A program made the position numbers and the translations under genes. Below the pieces are notes generated by a model, which saw only the letters and a program-made list of their open reading frames with translations, was not told the origin of the DNA and did not search any database. DNA of 63,359 nt, counting the filler, from Octopus bimaculoides (lineage: Eukaryota): assembly GCF_001194135.2 (NCBI RefSeq). It is 5 parts of 4 records of this genome, joined end to end, with 100 filler letters (N's around TTAATTAATTAA, not from the genome) between each part and the next. Parts side by side here need not be neighbours in the genome. Positions count along the whole stretch, not along the records: positions 1 to 28,931 come from NC_068989.1; 4 more parts are not named here. One strand, written 5' to 3'. Each line of letters opens with the position of its first letter. Positions within the stretch are counted from its first letter, which is position 1. This document shows positions 1 through 12,680 of this stretch, one piece after another.

Positions 1-970
1 ATATATATATATATAATATGGGTGAAAAATTGAATATTAATTTGATTAATATCAATTTAAAAACCAGTGGCTTAGCAAATTGAAAAATCTGAAGATTCAG
101 AAAAATTATATTGCATACATATATATGTATGCTATATATATATGAACAATGGACATTAAATGATGATATATATATATATATACACTTACACACACAAATA
201 CATATTCACACAAAACCAGACATTCAGAAGATTCACACAGGCACACACCATGTGTGTATGTGTGTACATATGCCAATAAAGACATACATAAACATGTATA
301 TGTGTGGTGCAAGATTACACAAATACATATATAAAGCTTTGTATGTGCACACACACACACACACACACACATAGACATCTGCAGCCCACACACATACAAA
401 ACATTATCAGTAATATTACTTTCTTGGCTTCTTTTGCAGATTGCAATGTGTTTCTCTTGGAGACTAAATACATGATTAAACACATCGAAAGCAAAAACCA
501 GAAGATAAAAAAAAAAAAAAAAATTAAATGGANNNNNNNNNNNNNNNNNNNNNNNNNNNNNNNNNNNNNNNNNNNNNNNNNNNNNNNNNNNNNNNNNNNN
601 NNNNNNNNNNNNNNNNNNNNNNNNNNNNNATTATGCATTCGTGCAAACCTGTTTCAAGATATACCTGTTATTGAAGTAGCTGTTTAGCCCCAGGTGAGAT
701 CTGATTAAAAAAAGTCAGAGATCAAAGATGTTTTAGCTATTGTCCAATGTATTTGTGAATTTAATTTAAGATGTAGGCTATAATTTGAGGAAGATTTGAC
801 TGCTATTTCAAGAGTAACCATGCAAGGGTTTTCTCGTTGGTTTGCTGTTTGTTAATTAATCTTGCTCATTTCCAGATCATCTTCAGAGATGCCAACAGTT
901 GTATCGATAAAGTAACATACAATGGTTTCTATCTCATCACTGGCACCATAGATATATGCATGTGTGCGTG

Positions 971-1004
<34 letters not shown>

Positions 1005-1479
1005 CAAAGTTAATACATCTTTAATATTCTAAAGTGGCAAGCTAGCAGAAACGTTAGCACACTGGACAAAATGCTTAGTGGTATTTCGTCTGTCTATGTT
1101 CTGAGTTCAAATTCTGCCGAGGTTGACTTTGCCTTTCATCCTTTCGGAGTCGATAAATTAAGTACCAGTTGCGTACTGGGGTCGATCTAATCAAGTGGCC
1201 CCCTCCCAAAAATTTCGGGCGGAATATGTGAAATATGTCCATCAAAGCAATTTAATGAAATCTTTTCGTTTTACTCCTCCAGTCATTTCTCAACTACAAG
1301 TTCTGTGTTTGCTGTCCTTCCCAAATTCTTCATTCTCTTTGTTTCTTAGGGACATACATAACTTGTTTCCAACATCTATTTTTCTTTCTCATATTTCTCA
1401 AATCCCAAATATATACGAACATTGGGCACCATTCAAGCGTTGGGCCTCATGGAGGCAGTGACAGGTGACCAAAAGCCTT

Positions 1480-1748
1480 GGCAATATACCATGCTTGTGT
1501 TGACCAGTCAAACCAAGTGAGACTGTAGTTTTGCCTGTTGCCGGTGTCAGGTCAATGGCACCCGTGCTGGTGGCATGTAAAAAGCACCTACTACACTCTG
1601 GGAGTGGTTGGCGTTAGGAAGGGCATCCGGCCATAGAAACCTTGCCCAATCAGATTGGAACCTGGTGCAGCCCTCTGGCTTACCAGTTTTCAGTCAAACC
1701 GTCCAACCCATGCCAGCATGGAAAGCAGACATTAAATGATGATGATGA
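1480..1748 (+). mobile_element. Retroposon 3' fragment, family C, ending in (GAT)n
   Basis: GAGTGGTTGGCGTTAGGAAGGGCATCC...CCAACCCATGCCAGCATGGAAA...(GAT)n. Related copies at about 2010-2190 (-), 26080-26300 (-), 27560-27680 (+), 28800-28910 (-). Confidence 0.7.
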
Positions 1749-2359
1749 AGTGTACCTAATAACACAGGTTAGTTGAATATATTGAATATTTGGATATGTA
1801 TTTGGCTGGAATCGGTCAATGCTGAGACATGAAGGTCAAAGATTGAGGATAAATACATCGTTCAGACATATGAAAATTATTCCCATTGATTTTTGTTTGG
1901 TGATAAAACTTAGCTTTGAATGTACTACTATTCTTAGCAAAATATATATATTAAAAAACCACAGAACACACACACACAAAACTGGCTATATCACCAACAT
2001 GGTCATCATCATTATTTAATGTCATTTTCCCCATGCTGGTATGGGTTGGACAGTTCAATATGAACAGCTGTGCCAGAAGGCTCTGCCAGGTCCTATATCT
2101 GCTTACGTATGGTTTCTATAGCTGGATGCCCTTCCTAATACCAATCACTTCAGAGTGTAACTGAGTGCATCTTATGTGTGCACCAGTGTTTTTTCATGTG
2201 GCGCAAGAAATACATGTTTACATTTGCTCCTCTCCACTGTTTGACAAGTTCATTTCTTTAAGGCGCTGTAACTTATCAGTTTGGCAAAAGAGACTGATAA
2301 AATAAGTAGCAGACTTCAAAAATAAGTGCTGGGCCCTTTATATATTTCTAACTAAGACA

Positions 2360-2500
2360 CTTAAAGAAGGAGTAACTGGAAAACGGATTAAAGACAGGAT
2401 TAGTCTGGGTGTGATGCAGTTTGGTTTTGTCCTGGGAAGAGGCACCATTGACGCTGGATTCTTTAGAAGACAACTACAAGAGAAGTAGATGTTTTGCATT
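2360..2500 (+). mobile_element. Short RTE-type RT fragment
   Basis: ATGCAGTTTGGTTTTGTCCTGGGAAGAGGCACCATTGACGCT resembles MQFGFVPGRGTTDA with a frameshift. Confidence 0.5.
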
Positions 2501-3082
2501 GTTGCTGATGTGTTTTAGATAAAGGGAAAATAATGGTTGAGAGGATGGAATAAAGCAGAAAGGAAATGCTTGAAAGATATATAAAGATGTATTCTGGAAA
2601 GTGTAGAACCCAAGTAATAAGAAAATGTACTTCCACAGCCACATTCCAATATAATCTCATTTTTTAAAAGGTTGTCATCAATAATTTATAAACACCAAAC
2701 AGAGATAACTGTTTNNNNNNNNNNNNNNNNNNNNNNNNNNNNNNNNNNNNNNNNNNNNNNNNNNNNNNNNNNNNNNNNNNNNNNNNNNNNNNNNNNNNNN
2801 NNNNNNNNNNNNNNNNNNNNNNNNNNNNNNNNNNNNNNNNNNNNNNNNNNNNNNNNNNNNNNNNNNNNNNNNNNNNNNNNNNNNNNNNNNNNNNNNNNNN
2901 NNNNNNNNNNNNNNNNNNNNAGATAAATGTATCCGTAGGCGCTACTGGTGTACTACCTCATTACGTATAGGCCTTGCTATAAGGTTAACAGTAGTTGGTA
3001 ATTTTAGAAGGTAAAACCTTGGTTTAATATATTGAGATAAGAAAAGAAATGGAACGTGTGTGTGTGTATGTATATGCATATG

Positions 3083-3135
<53 letters not shown>

Positions 3136-3427
3136 ATATTATATATAGAATGAATGCATGTACTTTTATTTGTGCCAATGTGTGTGCATTTATGAGTGAA
3201 ATATTTGCATATTGTTGTGAATTCGTATCAAGATGTTTTACTGTTATTTCTCAGTGTTTTTCTTTTCTCCTTTTTTTCTTCTGGTTTTTCATTCTACATT
3301 TAATGTTGCTTTCATATTATCTCGAATTTGATGTTTAAAATTTCTAAGATATATAATTAATACACACAAACACACACACACACACACACATACATGTATA
3401 TAACACACTCAAACATACATGTGTATG

Positions 3428-3464
<37 letters not shown>

Positions 3465-3514
3465 GTGTATGTGTATATATACATATACATACACATGTAC
3501 ATATATATATGTAT

Positions 3515-3582
<68 letters not shown>

Positions 3583-4455
3583 ATAATTATATATATACAT
3601 ATATACATGTATATATATGTATATATACACAAACACATGTATATACACACACATATACATGTATACTCTACTCTCTTTTACTTGTTTCAGTCATTTGACT
3701 GTGGCCATGCTGGAGTACCTCCTTTAGTCGAGCAAATTGACCCCAGGACTTATTCTTTTGTAAACCTTGTACTTATTCTATCGGTCTCTTTTGCCAAACC
3801 GCTAAGTTATGGGGACGTAAACACACCAGCATCGGTTGTCAAGTGATGTTGGGAGGGGGGGACAAACACAGACACACACACACACTGATACATATAATTC
3901 GAATAAGATATGTAGTTTGACTAGATGAGTTACCTGAGATTCATCTTACAAGAGCCGGTGATGTAGGTAGATAGGTAGGTATGGATGCAAAACAGTTCAA
4001 CCAGTTCAGAATGGTAAATGCTTTGACCTTTAAATGATTGGCATTGTGTGTAGTGCCACTGATACCAAAGTCAGGCATCTGGTAATTTTCCATTTTTGTA
4101 TTTGGTTTGCAAGATTCTTGATGTGAACTTGTGTGTTGAAACAGATTTTGTTGTATTGTGGGAGTGTCATTATGCCAATAATAAACACACACACACACAC
4201 ACTGGTCCTATTATTTGCTTGTCAATTAATTAACTATTTAACCAATTAACTAATTGATTGTTAGATTAATTATTTGGTTAATTATGTTTGTCAAAATCCT
4301 TTTGTTGCCATTTGTAACCTCATCAATGATACGCTCTCTCTACTCCAGGTCTGCTTCAGGTTTCATCTGCTATTACAATATCACCAAATATCACAGAAGT
4401 CACTAAATACAAAAGACGGCTGGTTTCTCTGATAAGTCTATCAAACGAATCATTG

Positions 4456-4489
<34 letters not shown>

Positions 4490-5354
4490 CTAAAGCAACC
4501 ATTTATAATAATAAACAACACACTTTGCTGTTATTTGATATACTTTTTGAAAATTGCAATAGAGTAGGATGGGGGTTAGTAAATACTATGTCCGACACTC
4601 TCTAATTGGTCCTAGTTGTATAGGAAGAGTGCAAATTTTTGAGCAAGGATGGATTGTGTAGACTCAAGTCACTGAAAGTGATGAAACCAAGTCTGTTTAC
4701 AATTTTGATTGATGATGATGATGATGATGATGATGATGACGACCAGGACCAGTGCTTTTAATGTGGCACCAACACCAGTGCATTTTACAAGGCATTGGCA
4801 ACTGGGAAGAAAGTAAATCAGAAACTAAAAATAGCAACAAAGTGAAACCTCAAATACAACAAAAATCATACATACACACATACAGAAATGCATGCACGCA
4901 CACATGCATGCACACATGCACACAGATGGCAAATGCAGTTTTGTTTGCACAAACAAAACATTATCTGAATAACAACTCAGTATGCGAAGATGACTTAAAC
5001 ATTTATTTTTCAAAAGGTGAAAGTGATAAAGTAAGGCTTTCCAAACACTGCGCTATGTACTTACACATTTGAGTCAGAAACAGACTGTGTGTATGTGACT
5101 CTGTGTGTGTGTGTGTGCGTGTGTGAGTGTGTGTGCCTTGTACAAATATACATACATACCTGCTCACACACATGCATACATGTCTATATATAGATACATA
5201 CACACGTATTAATATTATCATCATAAACACAGTAATAGAACAATGCAGACATCCTGACAACTACAGCTATTTCTGTGTGCACTCACACAAACACACATGC
5301 TTTTATATATGTATACACACACACACACACACACACACAAAAACGCATATCTAT

Positions 5355-5390
<36 letters not shown>

Positions 5391-5445
5391 AACGCATATC
5401 TATATTATATATATATATACACACACACATACACACAAACGCATA

Positions 5446-5527
<82 letters not shown>

Positions 5528-6300
5528 TATACAAAAATGCATATCTATATTATGTATATATGCACACACATATACAAAAACGGATGTCTATATTATATAT
5601 ACACATACACACACATATATATACTTACACATATCCATCTGCTCAGGCTTATATGTCCATACACATACACATTAAATACACACATGTACACCAATGTACC
5701 TGCACACATGTGAACATAAAACCATCTCCCCAAAGACGCAGTAATCACCATATCCTATGAGATCTACATTAAAATGATTACACACAACAGATTCAACACT
5801 AAAATGTGAAAGGTTAAACTATATTATCTAATTTACGCCTCTGTCTTTCTCTCAGACTCTCCAAGTATTGTTTTCAGTTCCTCTTCCCTGCCATAACTTC
5901 TCTCTTCCTGTCCTTTCATTCAATTTCTCCCCCCTATTTTCTCATATCTCTAATGAAAAACTATACTCTAACTTGTCTGGTGTTACATTATAGACACAGA
6001 CATAGCAAAACAGAAGAGTGCGTGTATATAAATTTGTTCAGCTTAGCATGGCTTAGATGGTTGCAGTATTCTGAGGAAGAATAGAAATTGCCATGATAGC
6101 CTGCCATCTATAATGGACATGTATATTTCTATAAATGAGTTTTGGTGATTTGCTGTGCCTGAGAAGACACGTCAAGCTAAGTGAAATTGTAATTGTGGCC
6201 ATGTGAATTGCATTGTGTTGATGACACATAAAAGGAACTTGTGCCGGTGACATGTTAAAAGACACCTGATACACTGTGGAGTGGTTGGCATCCAGAAAGG

Positions 6301-6373
6301 GCATATGGTGTAGTGGTTAAGAGCATGGGCTACTAACCCCAAGATTCCGAGTTCGATTCCAGACAGTGACCTA

Positions 6374-6404
<31 letters not shown>

Positions 6405-6540
6405 TTGACAAATACCTTAAGAATGAGAACCCAGGTTCGAAATTTCCCCCAAGACACCTGATGAAGGCTGGAGGGCATATCAGCCAAAACGTTATGTGAA
6501 TAACAAACAAGATGAGGACAAATATCCATCGAATGTAAAT
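6301..6540 (+). mobile_element. tRNA-headed SINE with internal (AAT)n and 3' hammerhead-like tail, copy 1
   Basis: A box TGGTGTAGTGG, B box GAGTTCGATTCC; near-identical to 12425-12646. Confidence 0.85.
6453..6498 (+). ncRNA. Degenerate hammerhead ribozyme motif (G12 mutated to A)
   Basis: GACAC-CTGATGA-A-GGCTG...CAGCC-AAAA-CGTT-ATGTG; keeps the ACGT palindrome but loses the catalytic G. Confidence 0.6.
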
Positions 6541-7046
6541 AGTTTATACTTCTATAATATGCAAAATATGTTAATTTTTTTCATGCATCAAATGGTTATG
6601 GAAGCCCAATAGAATAAAATAGGATTCAAAAAGGGTCCACAGACAAAAAATGGTTCAGAACCACTGCACTTAAACCCTTCAAGGAAATACCCGAGCATGG
6701 CCAGTTGAATGAGAAAAACAAATAAAAGGTAAAAAGTAAAAGATCAAATGAACAAATAGCCAGACAGTTAGAGAGACAGTGAAACAGAAAGAAATGAGAA
6801 ATTGTTCATGAAAGAGTTGGCTGTATTAAAAGCATAATCAAAATTTTTTAGTTTCTTGTATTAAGCTCTGGATGTGAGAGCAAAGAGGATTTGCTGTCTT
6901 CTTCCCCATGGCAATATTGGCTGCTCAATGGAGATTAGATCTGGGTGCTGGCAGGATAATGGTTAAGAGGAGAGAATGGTTCCAGATAACAGATGTTTGA
7001 GCTTGTGAATATGTGTGAAAGATGTCATGTGCCTGTAGATGATTCA

Positions 7047-7083
<37 letters not shown>

Positions 7084-7444
7084 GTTAAATCTTTACATGA
7101 AGGTTGTAGTGTGGTGATGAAGTAACACTAAGATAAGANNNNNNNNNNCCTTGTGAGTGGCTTTGGCAGATGGAAACTGAAAGAAACTTGTCGTATATAT
7201 GCACACACACATACACACACACACACACACACACATACACACTCAATCTCAAACATACTAATTCCAGTTACAGGAAGACCTACAAGAAATATGATGCAAA
7301 CAAATCCTAAGACCCAGTTTACAGCAATGTCATAATGCTAGTAAAAATGCAATGTAAACATGTGAATGCCAAACACAAGATCTTTGGATACACACCACAT
7401 ATGCCACACTGTCGCCATGATCACTCAGGAAGCTTGGAAATCTA

Positions 7445-7947
7445 TCAGGTTGAGTAAAAGGTAAGCTTCGTATTGAACCACGAAGAATTTGTACCAGATT
7501 TTTGCAGAGTTTTGAATTTTTTTAAACATTTTTTTGCAATTGTCTGATAATACAGACATAGATTAACATTGATATTTTTTTTACCGTTGTTACAATCATC
7601 TGAAATGGAACTGTCAAAGCGTGATGTCCAAGCAATTTTCCTGTTCAACTTCAAAAAAGGATTTAAAGCAACTGAAACTGCTGGCGATATCAACGAAACG
7701 TTTGGTGAGGAAATGACTAGTGAGTATTCAGTTCAAAAATGGTTTAAACGATTTCGCAGTGCATTCAAAAAGTTCATCAGCTCCAGAACTCCAGATTTTT
7801 ATGTTACCGGAATAAACAAACTTGTAACTCGTTGGCAGAAATATGTTGATTATAATGGTACTTTGATAAATAAAATTCCTGCATTGTTGAAATATATTGT
7901 GATGAATTTCATTTTTCAAGATGTTGTTTACTTTTTACTCAGCCTGG
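7445..7947 (+). mobile_element. Internally deleted mariner element with degenerate TIRs
   Basis: ORF from ATG 7605 (MELSKRDVQAIFLFNFKKG...VQKWFKRFRS, HTH) fused to the transposase C-terminus (FYVTGINKLVTRWQKYVDYNG). Left end TA-TCAGGTTGAGTAAAAGGTAA versus reverse complement of the right end CAGGCTGAGTAAAAAGTAA. Confidence 0.9.
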
Positions 7948-9617
7948 AATCATATTTTCTTTAAAATGAAACTATCAAAGCTTTGCAAGTGAGGGCTGCC
8001 AATGAGGATGGCAAGGGATATGGAGATCTTACATGTCACATGGTTAGAGCCATTCCCATCAAGTAATGGAAATGAATAACAAGTGAAGAACAACGGCGAC
8101 AACAACTACAACAACAAAGACAAAAACCAATAGAGACAATAACAACAACCAAGACAACAACAACAACAACCAATACTACAATGATAACTGCAACTATGGA
8201 AAACAACAACAACTGGAATAACACTGACAATAACAAATATGTCGACAACAACAACAACAACGACAAGGAATTACAACAAATGAATATGGACTAAATTAAA
8301 ATAGGTTTCAGCCTTGATAAGCAGATCACTCATCTGTCTTAATTGGCAGGCCAATTAATTATTGGTGCCAGGTTTCGTTGTTCAGACGCCTCTCATGTTA
8401 ATTACCTTTTGTGTCGAATAACACATTACATATTGTGGTGCACTTTCATAATGGCCCCCTAAAACCTCAATGGTCCATCCTATAGTGTAAGATGATAACA
8501 ATGACCATCACCACTACCACCACCACCACCATCATCACCATCATTCTAGCTAACATATTGGAACGGTGGTCACTCAACCTCCAAGTGATAGCAACCAAAT
8601 TCCCACAAATCACACTTTATAACCAAAGAAAAGGAGAGCCTGGATTATGTGATTTTGATTTCCTGCGAACAGGAAAAAGGATGGTCCAAGCTGGAAAGCA
8701 TTTGATGGTAGGATTGCTTGATGAGGTCTGACCAGACATGAACAACCTAACAGAACACATAGCCTCTACACACGTAAAAATAGTAGCTAAATATCCCTCA
8801 AGTCACACTTGACTAATATTAGAGGATACATGTCTGAATGAGGAGGAATGGTTAGGGTTGGAACATATTTGATGATAGGTTTGTCCAGTCAGTGTCGACA
8901 TGGACTTAAACAACACCATCCCCTCAAAGTTTAGTCACAATAAATGTTTAATCTGGGATTGACAGAGCAGATCATTATGAACAGAAACGGAGAACTGCAA
9001 ACACAGAGACAGGAATGGAATGATGGATGGGGTGGAAGTGGTTGACTAGTAGTTGGAGCGTTGCATGATGGGTCGGTGATGCTGCTTTCAATCGTTTTTT
9101 TTTTTCTTGTATTCATAGTGAAGTGAGGTTGAAATCAAGAGTCAATTGACTCCTCATTGGTCAAGTTCACTCTACAGTAAATATTTAGCAGTTAACGTGG
9201 GATGGACTGGTGGATAGAGACGTTGGATCACCAGTTCAGATAACGAGTTGCAAATCTGTTGCAGATGTTGTTTTACATTCTGGAGCTGAACACCTTATTT
9301 CCAACATGAGTCAATTCGCATATTTGATAGAAATAAGTACAATACTCATCCAGGAATGTTCATCATCATCATCATATACGACGGGCTTCTTTTAATTTCC
9401 GTCTACCAAATCTACTCACAAGGCTTTTGTTGGCCTGTGGTTATAGCAGAAGACACTTGTCCAAAGTGCCATGCAGTGGGACTGAACCCAGAACCATCTG
9501 GTTGAGAAGGAAACCCCAGTATGACCAGGTCAATAATATCTTGTTATACATTGCTAACTTTGACTTTGCTTAATAACACAAATGGGGGTCAAAAATAGCA
9601 GGTCATGTGATATTATA

Positions 9618-9653
<36 letters not shown>

Positions 9654-9784
9654 CACACACCCCTCTCAGTCCCCTCATATTTCACCTCCAATAATCTCCT
9701 TGAATAAAATCCATGAAGACATGATGTCAGATCAGGTTACTAAATTAAAGAAAAATAAATTTAAAAAAATAAAAGCCAGTTAAT

Positions 9785-10550
9785 TATCATCATCATCATC
9801 GACATCATCACCATCATCAGCATCAATGCTGTCACAACACTGCCATCATTTTCCATCATCATCAACAGCAGCAGTAACATAAAGGCCACACAACACGCTT
9901 CATCATAGACATTATCGTCATCGTCATCGTGGTCATTGCCATCCACCTCCTCCTCCTCCTTCTCATCTTTGTTATCTCAAGCATCATTACCTCAACAGAA
10001 TCATCAATCATAATGATTCCCATCCCCCATTGCCATAACCACCACAACGTTTTACCATTCACCAACATCACCATCAATAATACTTCCACCACCACCACCA
10101 CCACTGCTCCTGTCTTTATTTCTGCCACTCACCATCATCATCACCATCATCATCAATACAACTATCACTACAGCTACAACTGTCACCATTCGCACCATCA
10201 TCATCATCATCATCATCAGGTCAGTGACTGCCAAGACCACTAGAATCTTTGCAATCATCATCATCATCATAAGCACCAACATCAGCAAGTTGCTGTTGTT
10301 AACATACATGATGATGATGGTGGTGATTATGATGATGATGATGGTGGTGGTGGTGGTGGTGATTATGATGATGGTGGTGGTGGTGGTGGTAATTATGATG
10401 ATGATGGTGGTGGTGGTAATTATGATGATGATGGTGGTTATTATGATGATGATGATGGTGGTGTGGTGGTTATTTGATGACGATGGTGGTAATTAGGATG
10501 ATGATGATGACGGTGGTGGTGGTGGTTATTATGATGATGCTAATGACGAC
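9785..10550. repeat. Degenerate (CAT/CAC)n tract followed by a (GAT/GGT)n tract
   Basis: Direct reading; source of the poly-His/Met/Val pseudo-ORFs. Confidence 0.9.
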
Positions 10551-11189
10551 AATGACAAACCATTTTTAGACATTCTAATATCATTTCTGCACACATTGTC
10601 ATAATCCATTCAAAAGTTATTCACCCACCACCACCACCACCCTCACCACCACCAATTATTCCATGTACACATCAGATGCCTTTGTTCAAGAATCCTCATA
10701 AAATATTTCTGTCTGTTTGTTAATATTCCGTTTTGCATGTCATTAGACTCGAAATGAAAGGCTGATGGATTGTCAGAATCAGGAGAGCAACAAACAAATT
10801 ATCATGTGATAATTAGTTTAGATTTCTATGTCTGAGTTCAAATCCCACATATGTCTACTTTGCCTTTCATCCATGCATGGTTGATAAAATTGGTGATGGT
10901 ACCACGTAAAAAGCACCCAGTACACTCTGTAAAAGTGGTTGGCATTAGGAAGAGCATCCAGCTATAGAGACCAAGTAATTATTATTAATTAAGGCAGCAA
11001 GCTGGCAGAATCTTGATTATACTGGAAACTGAAACATAGGGGCAGTTTACTCATTCAAAATACAGTCACAAAAAAAGAATTAACTCACTGCTGCTACCAC
11101 CATTTACGACTTTCTGCTACTTTTAGATATCCTTATTACGAGCTTTCTAAGTTGAAGTACCTGTCTGCTGCTAGAAAGAGTCAATATGA

Positions 11190-11560
11190 TCAGCAAACGG
11201 TCCCACCGTCTTCTTCACCCATTATTCCTGGAAGAGTCATAGGGGTAGAGTTCTCAGGCACCTCCTCCATGGAGTCCTATCAGAAGAAATTGTCAATGTA
11301 GTTTCCGGTTAGATTCCCAAGCATGACCAACTGAAAGTGTGGATATCATTCAACCGTGTCATTTCTTGGTCTACCCCTTAAGGTCTCCTGCTAGTTGACC
11401 CCCACTTGAAGAATCCATCTTGCAATTTTTTTCCTGTGGCATTCTAATCACAACTCCATAGTGCCAGGGCTGTGACCACTCAATGAAGAAAAGTACTGGC
11501 TTGACCAGGAGAGACTCCATGTTGCAATCCCTGTTGAGTAACCCATTCCCTAAATGTGCA
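11190..11560 (-). mobile_element. RTE-clade LINE 3' fragment
   Basis: Homologous to 36480-36775 in the opposite orientation; decayed GRP...RW.DDI...W..LG C-terminal pattern. Confidence 0.55.
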
Positions 11561-12310
11561 GCCATACTTAAAAATCATTACAATTATTATTATCATAAGC
11601 ATTATTGCATTACTGAAGACTGGGTGTTTGGAATTACTTTAATACACTCTAGCAATATGCTAATTCCTTCACCAGATTACAGTTTCATTTACTGAAGTCA
11701 GGATTTATTGACTATCAAGCAGGCATTGTAAATTAGATGTCTAAACTGATTAATTAGATGTCTAAACTGAAGAAATTAACTCAATTAAAAACAAAAATAT
11801 TCTTCTTTGTTATTTCAAAAATATTAATCAGATTTCAGTTTATTTAAAATGGAACATTATCAAACAAAACATGACGGAGAAATTATCTCCCTTTAACACT
11901 ATATTATCCCATTCTACTTATTGTATGTGGAGGCACAATGGCCCAGTGGCTAGTGCAGCAAACTCGCAGTTGTAGGATCGTGGTTTCAATTGCCAGACTG
12001 GGCGTTATGACTGTTTATTGAGTGAAAACACCTAAAGATCCACTAATGGCAATTCTGCATTCAAAAAATTTGTATCATTCAATACATATTTTGATGCTTA
12101 TAAAAGCAAAAATCTGTTTGTTTATATTCGTACATGTAGATATACATACAAGTTCCATTCTCATTATCTGTCCTGTTGCTTTTATATAAACCTTTTGTAC
12201 CTATTTACATTTGTTTCATTCTTCCTGCTTGTTTCCTTGTAATTTCTAATTATTTATCAAGCATTCTCAGTAAATAAGCATATATACACACATACACATA
12301 ACACATGCTG

Positions 12311-12412
<102 letters not shown>

Positions 12413-12424
12413 CATACATACACA

Positions 12425-12464
12425 CCCCAAGATTCCAAGTTCGATTCCTGGCAGTGACCTGAAT

Positions 12465-12504
<40 letters not shown>

Positions 12505-12646
12505 TTGAAAAATACCTTAGGAATGAGAACCCAGGTTCGAAATTTCCCCCAAGACACCTGATGAAGGCTGGAGGGTATATCAGCCGAAATGTTGTGTTAA
12601 CAACAAACAAGATGAGGACAAATATCCGTCAAATGTAAATAATGTA
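12425..12646 (+). mobile_element. Same SINE family, copy 2 (5' end lost in a (TA)n/(CA)n tract)
   Basis: B box and colinear 3' body matching 6340-6540. Confidence 0.85.
12553..12598 (+). ncRNA. Minimal type I hammerhead ribozyme motif, core intact
   Basis: GACAC-CTGATGA-A-GGCTG(GAGGGTATAT)CAGCC-GAAA-TG-T-T-GTGTT. Stem I GACAC/GTGTT, stem II GGCTG/CAGCC, predicted cleavage after GUU at 12593. Confidence 0.75.
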
Positions 12647-12648
12647 TG

Positions 12649-12680
<32 letters not shown>

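Noticed and set aside
9192-9336. Open plus-strand stretch LTWDGLVDRDVGSPVQ...SQFAYLIEI
   Set aside because: Weak splice sites, an equally open frame on the opposite strand, no family recognised, and the phase does not chain to other candidates.
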